A DNA stretch of 52,243 nt, filler included, from Basidioascus undulatus (Eukaryota): assembly GCA_000826855.1 (NCBI GenBank). It is 3 parts of 3 records of this genome, joined end to end, with 100 filler letters (N's around TTAATTAATTAA, not from the genome) between each part and the next. Parts side by side here need not be neighbours in the genome. Positions count along the whole stretch, not along the records: positions 1 to 17,344 come from JTLS01000535.1; 2 more parts are not named here. One strand, 5' to 3'. Positions 1-11,718 of this stretch are shown here, piece by piece. The stretch's first letter is position 1. Each line of letters opens with the position of its first letter. The notes beneath the pieces were generated by a model. It was not told the origin of the DNA and did no database searches. It saw only the letters and a list, made by a program, of their open reading frames with translations. A program made the translations under genes and the position numbers.

Positions 1-103
1 ATCTCCCTTCTTCCCCCTTGCCCCTCCCCTCCTCCCCTTTCTTCCGCTTTTCTTCTCCAAGGAACGGTTTCGTACTAACGCGGAGGTCGAATCGCACGCA
101 CAG

Positions 104-195
104 AGCTCCCCACCTTCTGGGAAGGCAAAGAGATCCTCCCCCCGCCCGGGCAGGCCGCCGCGCTCCAGTCGCAGGGGGAGGTGATGGTCCAGTGA
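104..195 (+). CDS. Probable last exon of a gene starting upstream of the window (reads LPTFWEGKEILPPPGQAAALQSQGEVMVQ*)
   Basis: Pyrimidine-rich intron end, perfect TACTAAC branch point at 73-79, CAG acceptor at 101-103; frame chosen on plausibility only, product unknown. Confidence 0.4.
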
Positions 196-1129
196 GGGCG
201 CTTGCGGGGATGGGAAATGTAGAGATGAAGCACGAATGAAGAATTCAAACGCGAAATAAGAAAGGAGATTGAGGGGTGAGGAGCGTGCGCGGGGGTGCGC
301 AAGCGTAAGGAGGGGCGGATGAGAGGGGAGTTGTCACGCCGGTGGGTTGGGTGCGGTACATAGCGGTGCGCTGTTGGGTTGACGCAAGGGCCCTCTCGGG
401 AGGCTCAGCATCGCGCAGTTTTCCCGACAGCCCCATGTCCTTGGAGTCCAGTTGAGATGGGCACCAGATGCAGTCTTCGCAAGTCTACACTACGCATGTT
501 GAAGCTACATGTGTGGACAACAGCCCCTCCTACCTGCCACATCGGGCCAGTCCATCCACCAGACCCGCGTTCTACCCCTTAACCGTTGTCTTATAACGGT
601 TACTATTTCGCGTACTCGTCTACATACACTGGGACAGTGCTTCGGCATCATCTTCCACCTTGCGTAAACTGGCGCTGCGCAAAACCCCTTCGAAGTTTTT
701 GAAGCTTGCGACTGATCGCAGAGCCCATGCGTTCTTCACCTTTTTTTTTAGCATACACAGGTAATCTGTGAGCCACAATTAATAGCTGGGACGTGGCTGG
801 CCGAGCCGCAAGTGCGAGCTCGACGGTGCAGCGTCACGATCATGGCTCACCACAGCGCAAGTCTTTCTCCTGCCGCTGAGTCCGGCAAATTTGTAGTACT
901 TTACAAAATTTGAATACATTGGTAGCCCTGAACGTGGACACCGAAAAACGTTCAGAAGGCTGATTGGAAACTTACAATTCGCATTCTGCCTGTAAAAATT
1001 CTATGCAGCCGCTGCCTGAGGTCATGATCCATCCTGGCAGTTCTGTTCTAGCGTTCTTTCCGCCCCTCCCAACCCCATCTACCTTCCCAGCACTCTTTGG
1101 ATCTCCACAGTTGTTCTTTTGATTAGAAG

Positions 1130-1886
1130 ATGTCGGACCCTCGCAGGTATCCCAAGAGCAGCAGCGAGTCCCGCTCCTTGGGGATATGCCAGCTGTGCAG
1201 AAAGTCGGCGCCGCTCGAAGGCCCACGCCTCCGCGTCTGCGGGAAATGCAAGGAGGGTAAGCTGCCCTATCGAGGTCCCCATCCCACACTTCTTTCAGTC
1301 GAATCGAGTACCTGTTCGCTAATGCACGCGTCCGCCTCGCCCGTCTGCACCCTCAACACCTCCTTCCGCTCCTCGCCGTCCACCGCAGCATACGTCGACT
1401 TCTCCTACGCCCTCCGCGCGTGGTTCGCCCCGCGCCACGCGCACTTTCAAGCGGCCGTGTGCGCGGCGCTCGACCTCTAAGACCACCCGAACGCCTGCAA
1501 GCGCACGGCACTCCGCATTGTCGTCCGACCTGTCTCGCTCGACCCGCCCAGGTTTGAGCTCGCGCTGTGGCAGACCCTCCCCCTCGAGGAGGCCATGAAG
1601 GAGCTCGCGCCCGGGAGCAGGCAGAGCTTTTATGAGAACGAGAAGTACGGTGCGTGTTGTGGTTTTCCGGCGGGCGGTTTTGGACGCTGGAAGGGAGGAA
1701 GGGTGTTGGACAAAGATCGCCCTGGGCCGGCCGGGCGTCGTGCTGTTCCTCCTCCAGGCGGACGCCTTCCTTTTGAGCGTTCCGACGCTATTTCCGGATA
1801 ACGAGGTGCTGGACATGCTTAGCAACGAGATGAAAAAGGATTGGTGGAAGAACTTGAAGGCGTCGATCGACGAGGAGTTCCGGTAG
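1130..1886 (+). pseudogene. MYND-type zinc-finger protein, paralog 1 (disrupted)
   Basis: N-terminal CQLC...LRVCGKCK half-MYND; the YCS..C..HW..C part seen in paralog 2 is deleted; in-frame TAA at 1478-1480; last intron acceptor reads CAA (1711-1713) where paralog 2 has CAG; ends DWWKNLKASIDEEFR*. Confidence 0.75.
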
Positions 1887-2774
1887 CTCGGTCTCTGTGC
1901 ATCGACCTGCAGATTTTTTCCAGCGCTGGCTGGATAAGTCTTTGCGAGAATGCTGTGCTCGTCGGGACTTGCATGAACGCTTTCTTTCAGTGCCACTGGG
2001 CAGCAATCAAGTTCGAACGCTGCCATTTCTTTCCACCTCAGGTCGGGATTGTCCTCGTCCGATGAGCTTGCAGCTTGTGGCTATTCTGGGATCTGGAAAA
2101 ATGTAGAGACAAATTGACAATTGGCAAAGTGTTCGGTAGACGGAGTCTTTTCCCTTCGTATAGGTTCCGGCTGGGCACCTGCGAACTGGAGCTGCATACA
2201 ACGTTTAACGTGCCCCATCTAAACACTGGGATAGCCCAGCATACGCACCCCTGCATGCGGCGTTGCTTCACTCCTTTGTCAGAGTCATGTTTTAATGTAC
2301 AGATTTTAACCTCAGAGATCCAGTCCTCTGTGAGCTACCCCCTCGGCTGCCCCAACTCTCGGCTGTTGTAAAGTTGTCCGAAATACAGTTGCCACGGGGT
2401 GGCAAGCAGTGATAGATATTTTAATATATTTGCCGAATGCTTTGCGAGAGTCTTTGGGAACAAGGTATCCTCCGCAGGCAGAACGTCCGGAACGTTCTGG
2501 CTGCGGAAACCCGTTGCGCATAGCGTCTCCAGCGGCGGATGTTGGCTCATAGTGTCCACGGTAGGGACATCCGCGAAGAACAATCTAATCAATTCATACT
2601 GTAGCGTTGGGATGCGGCCCGACTGGCCAGGAACCCCAACCTCAGCTCGAACATCGAATGACCCGCAGCGGCCCGCACTCTGTCGAACCTGCTGTTGCTG
2701 GTGCTCCTCAACCCGTACTTCATCTGCTTCTCCACCTCTCCAATCACAGCCCAAAGTTCATCTTTTCTGCCAGA

Positions 2775-3645
2775 ATGTCCGGCTCACGACGGTTCCCAAA
2801 GAGTGAATCCTGCGCCCTGGGAATATGCCAGCTGTGCGCGAAGTCACCACCGCCCAGGGCCCACGTCTCCGCGTGTGCGGGAAGTGCAAGGAAGGCAAGC
2901 TCACTAAGCGCCCACCCCCTACCCCCGCCCCACTTCTCCCAGTAAACTACCTGGTTGCTAACCGTCCGCTTCACCGCTCCCTAGTCACCTACTGCTCCCA
3001 GGCGGGTCAGTGCCAGCTTCTCCCAGTCGATCAACTTCTCGCTTACTCCATTTTTTGTCCCAGGCGTTTGAAGGGAGCACTGGCCCATGTACAGGGCCGT
3101 CTGTGGGCTCAACATGTCCTTCCGCTCCTCCCCCACGACCGTGCCGTACGTCGACCTGGCGTACGCACTCTGCGCGTGGTTCACTCCGCGCAACTTTCAC
3201 TGCCAGGTGGCCGTCTGCACTGCCCTAGGCCTTTATTACAACGACTTAAACTGCTCGCGTGAGGCGCTCCGAATCGTCGTCTGCCCCCTCAGCCTCGACC
3301 CGCCCAAGTTCGAGCTCGTTCAGTGGCAGGTCCCCACTCGAGGACGCCATGAAGGAGCTCGCTCCGGAGAGCATACAGTCCTTCCAGGAGGATTTGAAGT
3401 ACAGTGCGTGTCATGAGTCGGTCATGGGTACTCGCTGTGGAATGCTGAAACGTAACGAAGGGACGTGGGCAGAGATCGCGCGAAGCCGTCGGGGCGCGGC
3501 GCTGTTACTGCTCCAGGCAGACAAGCTCATCATAAGCGTTCACACAATGTTTCTAAGTACAAACATGCTGGAGTTTCTCGGAGCCGATATGAAGCTAGAT
3601 TGGTGGGAGAAGTTGAAGGCGACAATCAACAAGGAGTTGCGGTAG
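2775..3645 (+). pseudogene. MYND-type zinc-finger protein, paralog 2 (disrupted tandem duplicate)
   Basis: CQLC...CGKCKE|VTYCSQA|..EHWPMYRAVC; colinear with 1130-1886 including 3' flank; 1-nt frameshift near 2855, in-frame TGA near 3069, frameshift near 3335; ends DWWEKLKATINKELR*. Confidence 0.8.
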
Positions 3646-4465
3646 CTCGGTCTGGGTGCATCGATCTGCAGGCTGCCTTGTACTTGTTTCCTGGCTTGGT
3701 AGGCCCGTCCAAGATTCTGTTCTGGTCAGTACTCCGAATTCATGGTTGCTTTCATTCCGGGTAAGGTATCCGTCAAATCATTCAGTCTTTGGATAGTCAT
3801 TTCCTTCGTGCAGGATCCTCATCGGCACCTGCGAGCCTGCACCAATCTTGTGCTCTTGTGGCTACGATCTGTCCACAAGATTCACACGATCGTGCATTTA
3901 CTCATACATTAAGATCAGCTTACCTCTGCAGCCTTGAAGAGTCTATCGATGCGTTTCGCCCACCACTTTTGCTGCTGTTGCTAACACTTGCGCGGCACCA
4001 AGCCTTTTCCGGTCGCCTCTCAAAGTAGGAATTCATGTGATTCAGATCAAAGTTTTCCGGCAATCCACATATTGAGGAACGCGGATGAGATCGCTCATTC
4101 TTCTGCTGCGCGCCGCATCCGGCGGAGGTTGTAACTTGTGAGAGCGAACTCCGAGTGCCAATAGAGAGGCGCCCGCCCCTGCCTGCGCGCAGAAAGACCA
4201 ACTGTGCGCGCATGCAGCCGTTTGCGTAAGGTGCTTGCTGTCCAATGGGAATAATGCGCGTGGGGGCTTTCCAAGGGTGGGCGGCAAAGGGGGAGCTCGA
4301 CCCATTCTTGCAACGTCGTTTTGAGCAAGGTCATGCGGTTCTTGCTCGCAGACAGCGCTTTCCCGGGAGAGCAGCCACAGGCGCAGCGAGTTGCTCCTGA
4401 GCCCTCTCACCGGAATCGGGAAATTGTGCAATGCAGGTATGCCTGGCTGCGTTGACTTGGGGAGG

Positions 4466-4473
4466 TATATAAA
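4466..4473 (+). promoter_or_regulatory. TATA box of the small secreted protein gene
   Basis: TATATAAA about 120 nt upstream of ATG 4594, followed by a C/T/A-rich leader. Confidence 0.6.
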
Positions 4474-4593
4474 GTCCACTCGCCGCATCCTTTACTCTCC
4501 ATCACAAGCAGCCTTCTCTCGCCCTACAAAGCCTTCAAACTCAATCCAAACCACACGCCTTATTCTATAACCCGGGCCGACTCGAAGTTCAAA

Positions 4594-4962
4594 ATGCGCT
4601 CCCTCACCTTACCCCTCGTCCTCCTCCCCCTCTGCATCGCCGCCTTCGCGGCGCCTACGCCCGCCAACAATGGCGATCCCCGTTCTCGCGGTGGGATCAG
4701 CTCTGGCGCTCGGAGATCTTTCCGTGGAGGAAACAGCAACAGCAACAACAACGGCGGTGGGGGTACCCGTCCCGCCCCCGCCGCGGCTGCGGCTCCGGGC
4801 GCGCAGACGCTCGTTTGCAACCCCGTCACGGGCAGCGGGCAGCTCGTATGCAACCCGACTAGGAACCACAAGAAGCGTCAGGACGGCGGTGATGGCGGCG
4901 ACGGTGGTGTTGACGGTGCAGATGGCGGGGACGATGGGCAGGGGGGCGAGGACGATAACTGA
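4594..4962 (+). CDS. Small secreted protein (122 aa), putative KEX2-processed precursor
   Basis: Intronless ORF; signal peptide MRSLTLPLVLLPLCIAAFA-APTP; twin LVCNP motif; KKR-Q site followed by Asp/Gly-rich tail; TATA box upstream. Confidence 0.8.
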   Translation: MRSLTLPLVLLPLCIAAFAAPTPANNGDPRSRGGISSGARRSFRGGNSNSNNNGGGGTRPAPAAAAAPGAQTLVCNPVTGSGQLVCNPTRNHKKRQDGGDGGDGGVDGADGGDDGQGGEDDN

Positions 4963-5386
4963 GCGCTGGCTGGAAGGTTGGAAGCAAGGAGAGGAGAGGA
5001 GAGTGAGGTTGGCTGGCTGGGACTCTCCGTGTTGAAAACAGATAGTTACTGGACTTGATCTGAACGTTGCTGCATGTGTGAATTCTGTTTGTCGACAGTC
5101 ACTTACGTTCGCGCTGCATTCTTTCTCTGTGGGGAACGCTTGCCTAGCTTTTGAGTAGCGATTGCAAACTACCCACGGTTTCCTTGGCCAGAGTAGCCGT
5201 GAACAGTCGCAAAGATTTACGAAAAGTACGCCATGCGGACGTACACGTGGAACGGACGGTCGTAGCTGTCACCGCAGTGCCGGCCTGGGCGGCTGCGGTG
5301 CCGACGCCAGAGCTTCTTCTTGATTGAAGAGCTTCTTCTACGTCTTCCATCGATCCATCTTCTCGCCCATCACACCCGAGTCCATC

Positions 5387-8084
5387 ATGCCTTCTCCTCA
5401 CGGACGCAAGCGAAGAATCGCGTACGGCACGGCATGCGCGCTATGCCGAGAACGCAAACTAGGAGGTCGCCTGTTGTCTCTTCGAGGTCATGCTCCATAC
5501 TAACCGATCCTTATCGGTTGCAGGAATGCGACGGAGCACGCCCCGTGTGCCTTCACTGTTCCAAGTCGAAAACAGGCGTATGCACGTATGAGCGTGGTCG
5601 GGGGACGAAGGTCCAGCATTTGGAGAGGAAGATCGGTACAGCCGAATCCGCAAGCCGCTCTGCGCCATCTACCGTTCCCATCGCTAACGTGAACCTCAAC
5701 AACTTCCCTCGTAGCCGAACTCGAACGTGCTCTACAGGAAGTGCATTTGGACGAGCTGACTCCTCGACCGCGCGCTAGCCAGCGCGTGCAGGACAGTGAG
5801 CCCCCCCCCCGGCCCCCACGGCGTATCACATCCTCATTCACCGTCTGAACTTTTCTTTCGATCGGTAGATACACAGGCAGAACCGCCACTCACTGTGGGC
5901 CCTTCGGATGGAGGTACAAGCTGTGTGGCTATTTCTCCTTGTCTGTCTACTCTGTCGTTGACCGGCGACTCGTTGCCTCGAAGGGAACCACGACCCGCCC
6001 CACATCACAATGTACATCGAGGGCGAGGCAGCCTTTGAGGTGGTCGCAATTTACAAGCGTCCTGGCAGTCTTGAGGTCGCTGCCAACGACGAGCCTCCTT
6101 GGGACATGTCTACCAAACTGTACGTCACTTGGCGAAGGAGGAAACGGGTCCGAGCCAGCACGCAGGCTGAACGTCCCGCTCTTCATGCTGTTGGCAGCCT
6201 CGACGTCTTCTTCTCGCGCTGCTTTGGATCTCACGTTTTCGATCGAGCTGCTATTTACACTTCCGTCCATCTACCGCTTAAGCATGCTGCAAGGCCCCAC
6301 CCTTGCCTCCTGTTCGCGATATACGCCTCCGCTGCGTTTCTCAGCTCCGACCCAATGCTCCAATCTCTCGAGGGCACGTTCTTCCGAAGAGCAAAAGACT
6401 ATACCAACGAGGCCTTAACGGGAGATCGGTCTGTACCCACCCTCATCAATATTTGAGGTCGCACGCCCTACTGACGGGCTTTGTGACAGTCATCTGAGCG
6501 CCCTCGCGGCCCATTCCGTCCTTGCTGCAAGTATAGTGCATGCTTTAGCACAGCCTTGTGCTCACCTTGTCATACCGCCTCCAGATTATATGGAATTCTC
6601 TTGTCCCTTCGTCTACGCTTCCGCGGGTACGTCCGGACATCTCCCTTCTCCCTATGACCGCCATCTCACAGCAATGTACAGGCTTCAAGCTTGCAGTAGC
6701 CCTCGGCTTACATCGTCTAAGCCCCGCAAAGCTTGTTTTTGCTGCTACAAGACGTCGATCTCCGTTCGACCGCATCTCGTCTTGCTCGTTTGGCCTGCCC
6801 GGGACGCGTCTTTCCTTCCGGCGCGCACCCGAGACTGTGCAAGAGCAGTCGCTTCCTTCCACCTGTATTCGATTGCGCAGTGACTGCTTGTTGACATTGA
6901 AAAACAGTCTATCTTTGAAACTGTTCTGGGGCAACTACGTCTTCGATCGCGTCTTCAGCCTGGCGTCCTATCGGCCAACGTCCACAGTGCCGGACGGAGA
7001 GATCGCAACGGTACTGGCATTACCGGATATTGGCGTGAGCCACTAATGCCATCCGTTAACTCATCCCCGCTGAACGCTTGTATCTGATTTAACACACTCT
7101 TCCAGCTCGGTACCTTCGGCTCGGAGGACGCCATTCTGCAGACCTTGCAAGATGCCGACTGCTACACGCTTCATCCGCACACGAACCCGCATAGCTTTCT
7201 GGTGCGTGTTCTTTTCGCTTGTACCTGAATTCCAACAGCGTATCAATGACCCCACTTTTTATAGGTCAAGGCGGTGTCGCTCGCCTGCCGCGCCACTAGG
7301 CTGAACGATTCCGATCCGACTGACGCGCCCCAGCATGATCCCGTTGCGCTGTCGAGGATTCGCTTTAGCAAAGACTTCGCCGAGCTGGACAACCTCATCC
7401 TAACCTTCGGGAAGAGCTTGCCCGATTGGCTGGTCCGCCCACCGCGATTCACATCCCTGCCTCCCTCATTCGACGAGGATGCTAGAATGACAGCCAGGAG
7501 TTTTGTAGCTCTGTATGTGCTTTATTCTCTGAAAGAGAGGGGGGGTCTGTTGCACGGCTTACTCGGGACATTTTTAGGTGCCGGCTTGTACTGCATGCGC
7601 CGCATTCCAACGCATCCATGATCGTGTGCAACCGCGCTACGGATGAGATCGTCGAGCTCATCTCCCTTATCCTGGACGACCCGCACTGCGACGTCTCGCG
7701 CTTGCCGGGGGAGATTACGTGCGTGTTCACGTCGCGGAACTTGCCTGATTATTCTCATATTCACGCGAACTTCTAACCAGTGTTGTTTGGGCTCGCTCCG
7801 GTCAACATTCAATCCGTGCTATGCGGGCAGCGCAGCGCAGCGAGATGTGGAGCGAGGAAGCCCGCTGGCGGGCATCGGCCATGCTTTGCATCTCCGTGCT
7901 GATGCGATACGGTGAAACATGGACTTTCTCCTGTAAAATGCACATTTCTTCTCTTTCTCAGTATATGTTACTAACTGGTGGATGAGCAGTGGCTCATGCT
8001 CAGGCACTCGAGGAGAAGCTTTGTTTTGCTCCGGAACGTTCGCCGGCAGCGCCCTATGTGTCGACTTGGATTCGTCACAAATAG
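5387..8084 (+). CDS. Zn(II)2Cys6 fungal transcription factor with middle homology region (multi-exon; first donor non-canonical)
   Basis: ACALCRERKL|ECDGARPVCLHCSKSKTGVC zinc cluster, coiled coil KVQHLERKIAELERAL, then RPHPCLLFAIY, FKLAVALGLHRL and LFWGNYVFDR motifs; remaining exons can be joined in frame to TAG at 8082-8084. Confidence 0.8.
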
Positions 8085-8595
8085 ATAGCTATGCAATGAG
8101 AATTGAGATGAGCGACAGTGTGTTTCGAAAAGAGGCCGTGTCGCAATCACGTCGGCGCAGCAGCAAACGTAGGCCGCAGGGTCAATGTCCGGCGCCTCTC
8201 AGGTTGATCAAAAGTCCCAAGGGATCAGCTGCATGGCGAACTGGCGACAAAACGCCTTGGAAGGAATACGAAGCAGACATAGACAGGGCATGGGAGAAGA
8301 ACTGACGTGGGACATTGCGCTGAGGACGGGTCGAGCAGGCTCAAGTCCGTCGAATTGTTCGCTGTTCTCACTTGACAGCGTCGCGAAATGCTTCACGTTC
8401 TATGCCTTGATACCAGATGCGGATCGTACACGTTCAACAATGAGTGCTGAGAAACATAGAAACTTTCCTTAGGCAGACCCCATGTGTGTCCTTGTAACGT
8501 TCCGAACGCAAGAAATAGCCAAGTGCCAACCAACAGAGTACGCGCGCCCAACTCAAATAATTGCTATTCCCCACCCAGCCCCGTACTCTGAACAT

Positions 8596-10996
8596 CTAGC
8601 CCGTCTTCTCCTTGATCTCTTCGGCGGTCTCCCTCGCCTCCCCCTTGACCTCCTCAGCTTTCTCCCGCGCCTCGCCCTTGACTTCCTCCGCCGTGCCAGC
8701 CCATCTCCTCCGGACACCCTCGAAGTCCACATCGCCCGTAAGGAGCTCCTCGTCCCGGCCAGCCTCCTTCCTTCCCTCTGCCGTCGCCTCCCCTCGGTAG
8801 CTCTCCTCCCATCCCTTCGCCCAGTCTTGCACGGGGTTGCTCAGCGTGTCGCGCTTTATGCGCTCGAGGTACTTCGCCTCCCTCTTGGCGATCCGGGAGC
8901 GCAGCAGCCGCTTCCCGCCGAGCTGGAAGAAGACGATAGGCGCGAAGGTGAGGATCAGGCCGTAGAACCCAACCGAGCGCCACGCGGCGAGTGAGTCGCG
9001 CAGGTTCAGGAGAAGGAAGGGCGCGACGATGAAGTTGAGCGTGAGCTGGACAAAGACAATCGAGATGAGGTCGTAGGCGATCTTGCGGGTCGTGGAAGGC
9101 GGAGGGGTGGACGATTTGGCGTCGAACTTGGGCGGAAGGAAGAAGGGCCGAACGTAGACTGCGGTATGAGGCACGCACGATGAGCTTTGGGAGGGATGAA
9201 ACTTAGCGATCTTCCAACTTACGTCGCAGAAGGCGTCCTAGAGTTTGCAAGAAACCCCCCATCAGGAAGGTGAGATAGTAGCCGGCCGCGATACCGTGCC
9301 ACAGGGCACTCGTTCCGAAGGTCGCCATAGTACTGCGGAATCCAGGCTGCAGCATGTGCCAAAGTCAGTATCGTTTCACCTTCACCGTAAATCGGAAGCC
9401 ATGTGCACCTTCTTGCCCTTGGGCGTAACCCGCCGGTACACGCATGACCGGAGCCAGACGTTCGTGTTCATCTTTGTAGATCGGCAAATGAGCTTGACTC
9501 AAAAGGAGCGAGACGACAAAAAAGCAGCGTACGTTCCAAGCGTCGAGTAGCAATTTGTAGTTCTGGGCAAACTCGACCGAGAGAACCTGAAGCGCAAGGA
9601 GGTCAGCCGGCTCATCCCCTGCGCAATGGATTTACTCGAGAGATTGCAACATACGTCGATATTGCGTACGCGGTCCCAGCGTGTCCTTCCAGCTTCGGTG
9701 AAGCCGTTGAAACCAAGACCGCTGCAGATCAGATGTCAGATTAACGGCTCGGAAATGTCAACGAGGCAAGCGCGTACCCAACGATGCAAGCGCCCTCCGC
9801 GATCGCCCAAACGGCGTAGTACTTTGACCTCGCCACAAAGCCCGCCTTCTGCATCCACCAGATCTTTTGCAGCAGCCCCTTGCCCCAGGCCTCGCCGCTC
9901 GGGAGCAGCCCCTCGTACGTGAACCGCCCGCCGTACACGGCATAGAACGCGAGGAAGACGAGGCCGAACGCGAAGCGCCTGTAGCCTGCGCGTCGACGAC
10001 CGCGCGGGGGCATCCCCGGCTTCGGGAGGATCGCTGCGCCGGAAGGGGCGCCCGTTGTGGGGTGCGCGGAGAAGATGGAGCCGTTGATGAGGGATGCGTA
10101 GGCGGAGTAGGGGAAGGAGGGGCCGACGAGGATGGCGGGGAAGTAGAGACTGCGAGATGACACTCATGATGGGCGAACAGCCAGAACAGGCACTAGGAGA
10201 AGGGGCTTACGCATAGCCGAGGAAAGCAAGGAGCGAGGGCAGCTCGGTCAGTCGGTTCTGACGCTGGTACGGCTCGATTTCCTGTGTCCAATGCTTGTCA
10301 ATATGGCATAGTTACAGGCAAAGAGTTTTGATAGCAGCAGCACGCACCGAGTCTTTCATGCGGCCGTCATGGACATTCCACGCGAACGTCGTGACGCGCT
10401 GGAGAAGAACCATCAAGGACCCGCTGATCTCGATGGTCGACAAGGGGATTCCGTTGATAGCCCTGTCAACATGGCTGCATCACCCCGTTCTCCATAAGCG
10501 TCTCAAGGCAACTCTCGAACGTGTGTGTATACTCACAACACCAGCAGATGCGCCATCGTGCCCACCATGACGATCCAAGGGTTCCACCGCCCGCCAATAC
10601 CGCTCCAGACGATCGCATACGTCGCGAGCGCCGAGCCCACGAGGTTGGCTGTGCCCGAGTAGAGGTGGAAAATGACAAGGAGGAAGATGGCGGTGCAGGC
10701 GAGGTTGAAGCTATGCCGGAGGTTCGGGCGCGAAGCGGGGATGCGGAGGAAGACTGCAGCCACTCTCCGCCATGTCAGCTCGCTCGTTTACGCTGCAGCT
10801 GTCAAGGAGGACGCACTGTGAGAGAGCGGGTACGCGAGAACCAGACAAGTAATGAGCTGCCCCCGCGCCAATCCTTCGAGTGTCAATGCCCGCAAGGCAG
10901 AAGGCGCTTGCAGGAACGCGTGCCGACCTTGAGGTAGTCAGATGGAACTCCAATGCGTTCGCCAGCGGCGTCGAACCATTGATCGAGCACCGTCAT
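8596..10996 (-). CDS. ALE1: MBOAT-family lysophospholipid acyltransferase (Ale1/Slc4/LPCAT-like)
   Basis: Exons give ISGSLMVLLQRVTTFAWNVHDG, LPSLLAFLGY/LYFPAILVGP, RSKYYAVW, WNMKTNVWLR..VY.R and catalytic LWHG..AGYYLTF; ends KEKTG (KxKxx ER-retrieval). Confidence 0.93.
8599..8691 (-). repeat. 33-bp tandem repeat (about 2.8 copies) encoding AEEVKGEAREK-type 11-mers at the ALE1 C-terminus
   Basis: Translation AEEVKGEAREK AEEVKGEARET AEEIKEKTG. Confidence 0.85.
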
Positions 10997-11718
10997 AAGA
11001 AACGTAATTTACAGAGATTGAGAGCGTCGGGGCGTGCTGGTCGTTAAAGGTGCGGTCGTGAGCGTAAGTCGTGGGAAGAGCAAGACGAGGAGGAGCAGGC
11101 CGAGGGGGAAGATGGTCGAGAACGAGACGTCATGGAAGCTGGCAAAACCAAGCGCGCCGCCCGGGCACGTTCGCACAGCGTTCGGCCTGAAAAGTTCATC
11201 AACCTAACTGCAGGCTAGACCGACATGTACATTTCAAGTCAGATGGGCAGGGATTGAGTATTTAACTCAGACTGCGTGCATGCCCATGAAGACGAGGCCA
11301 ATACAAGCAGTGTGGACAGCACAATACAAACAACAGCCATGTCGCATGACGAAGCTCGACCACTGCGTTGATTAACAGTTGCACCGGCAGCACACCCAAG
11401 AAGGAAGCCTGCCACCTGCAGTTCGCAGCCCAGAGCGGAGACAGGGCCTGTGCACAGAAAGCCATGACGGATGCGCTATCAGAGCAGTGGGATGAGAAGC
11501 GGTAACCGCTGCACAGTCCGACATGGCACAATAATCCGGCGCCAGCCGCAAAAAGTCCCACGCACACGTACTTCATTCGACAGAGAAGCATGGCATGCGC
11601 AAGCGGACATACAAAGAATACACCAAATGGAAGCCGAGGCCGCAGCCGATCGGATAGAGCATGTGCGATGGGTGAGGGAGGGGTTGGCTGCTGCCCGATG
11701 GGAGGCTCCAAAAGGCGT

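Noticed and set aside
5801..5810. C10 run as a frameshift or phase-variation tract in the Zn2Cys6 gene
   Set aside because: It can lie inside a plausible GTGAGC..TAG intron (5796-5868) that keeps the frame.
4594..8084. Secreted peptide plus Zn2Cys6 factor as a RiPP biosynthetic cluster
   Set aside because: No DUF3328 oxidase, peptidase, methyltransferase or transporter nearby; adjacency alone is not evidence.
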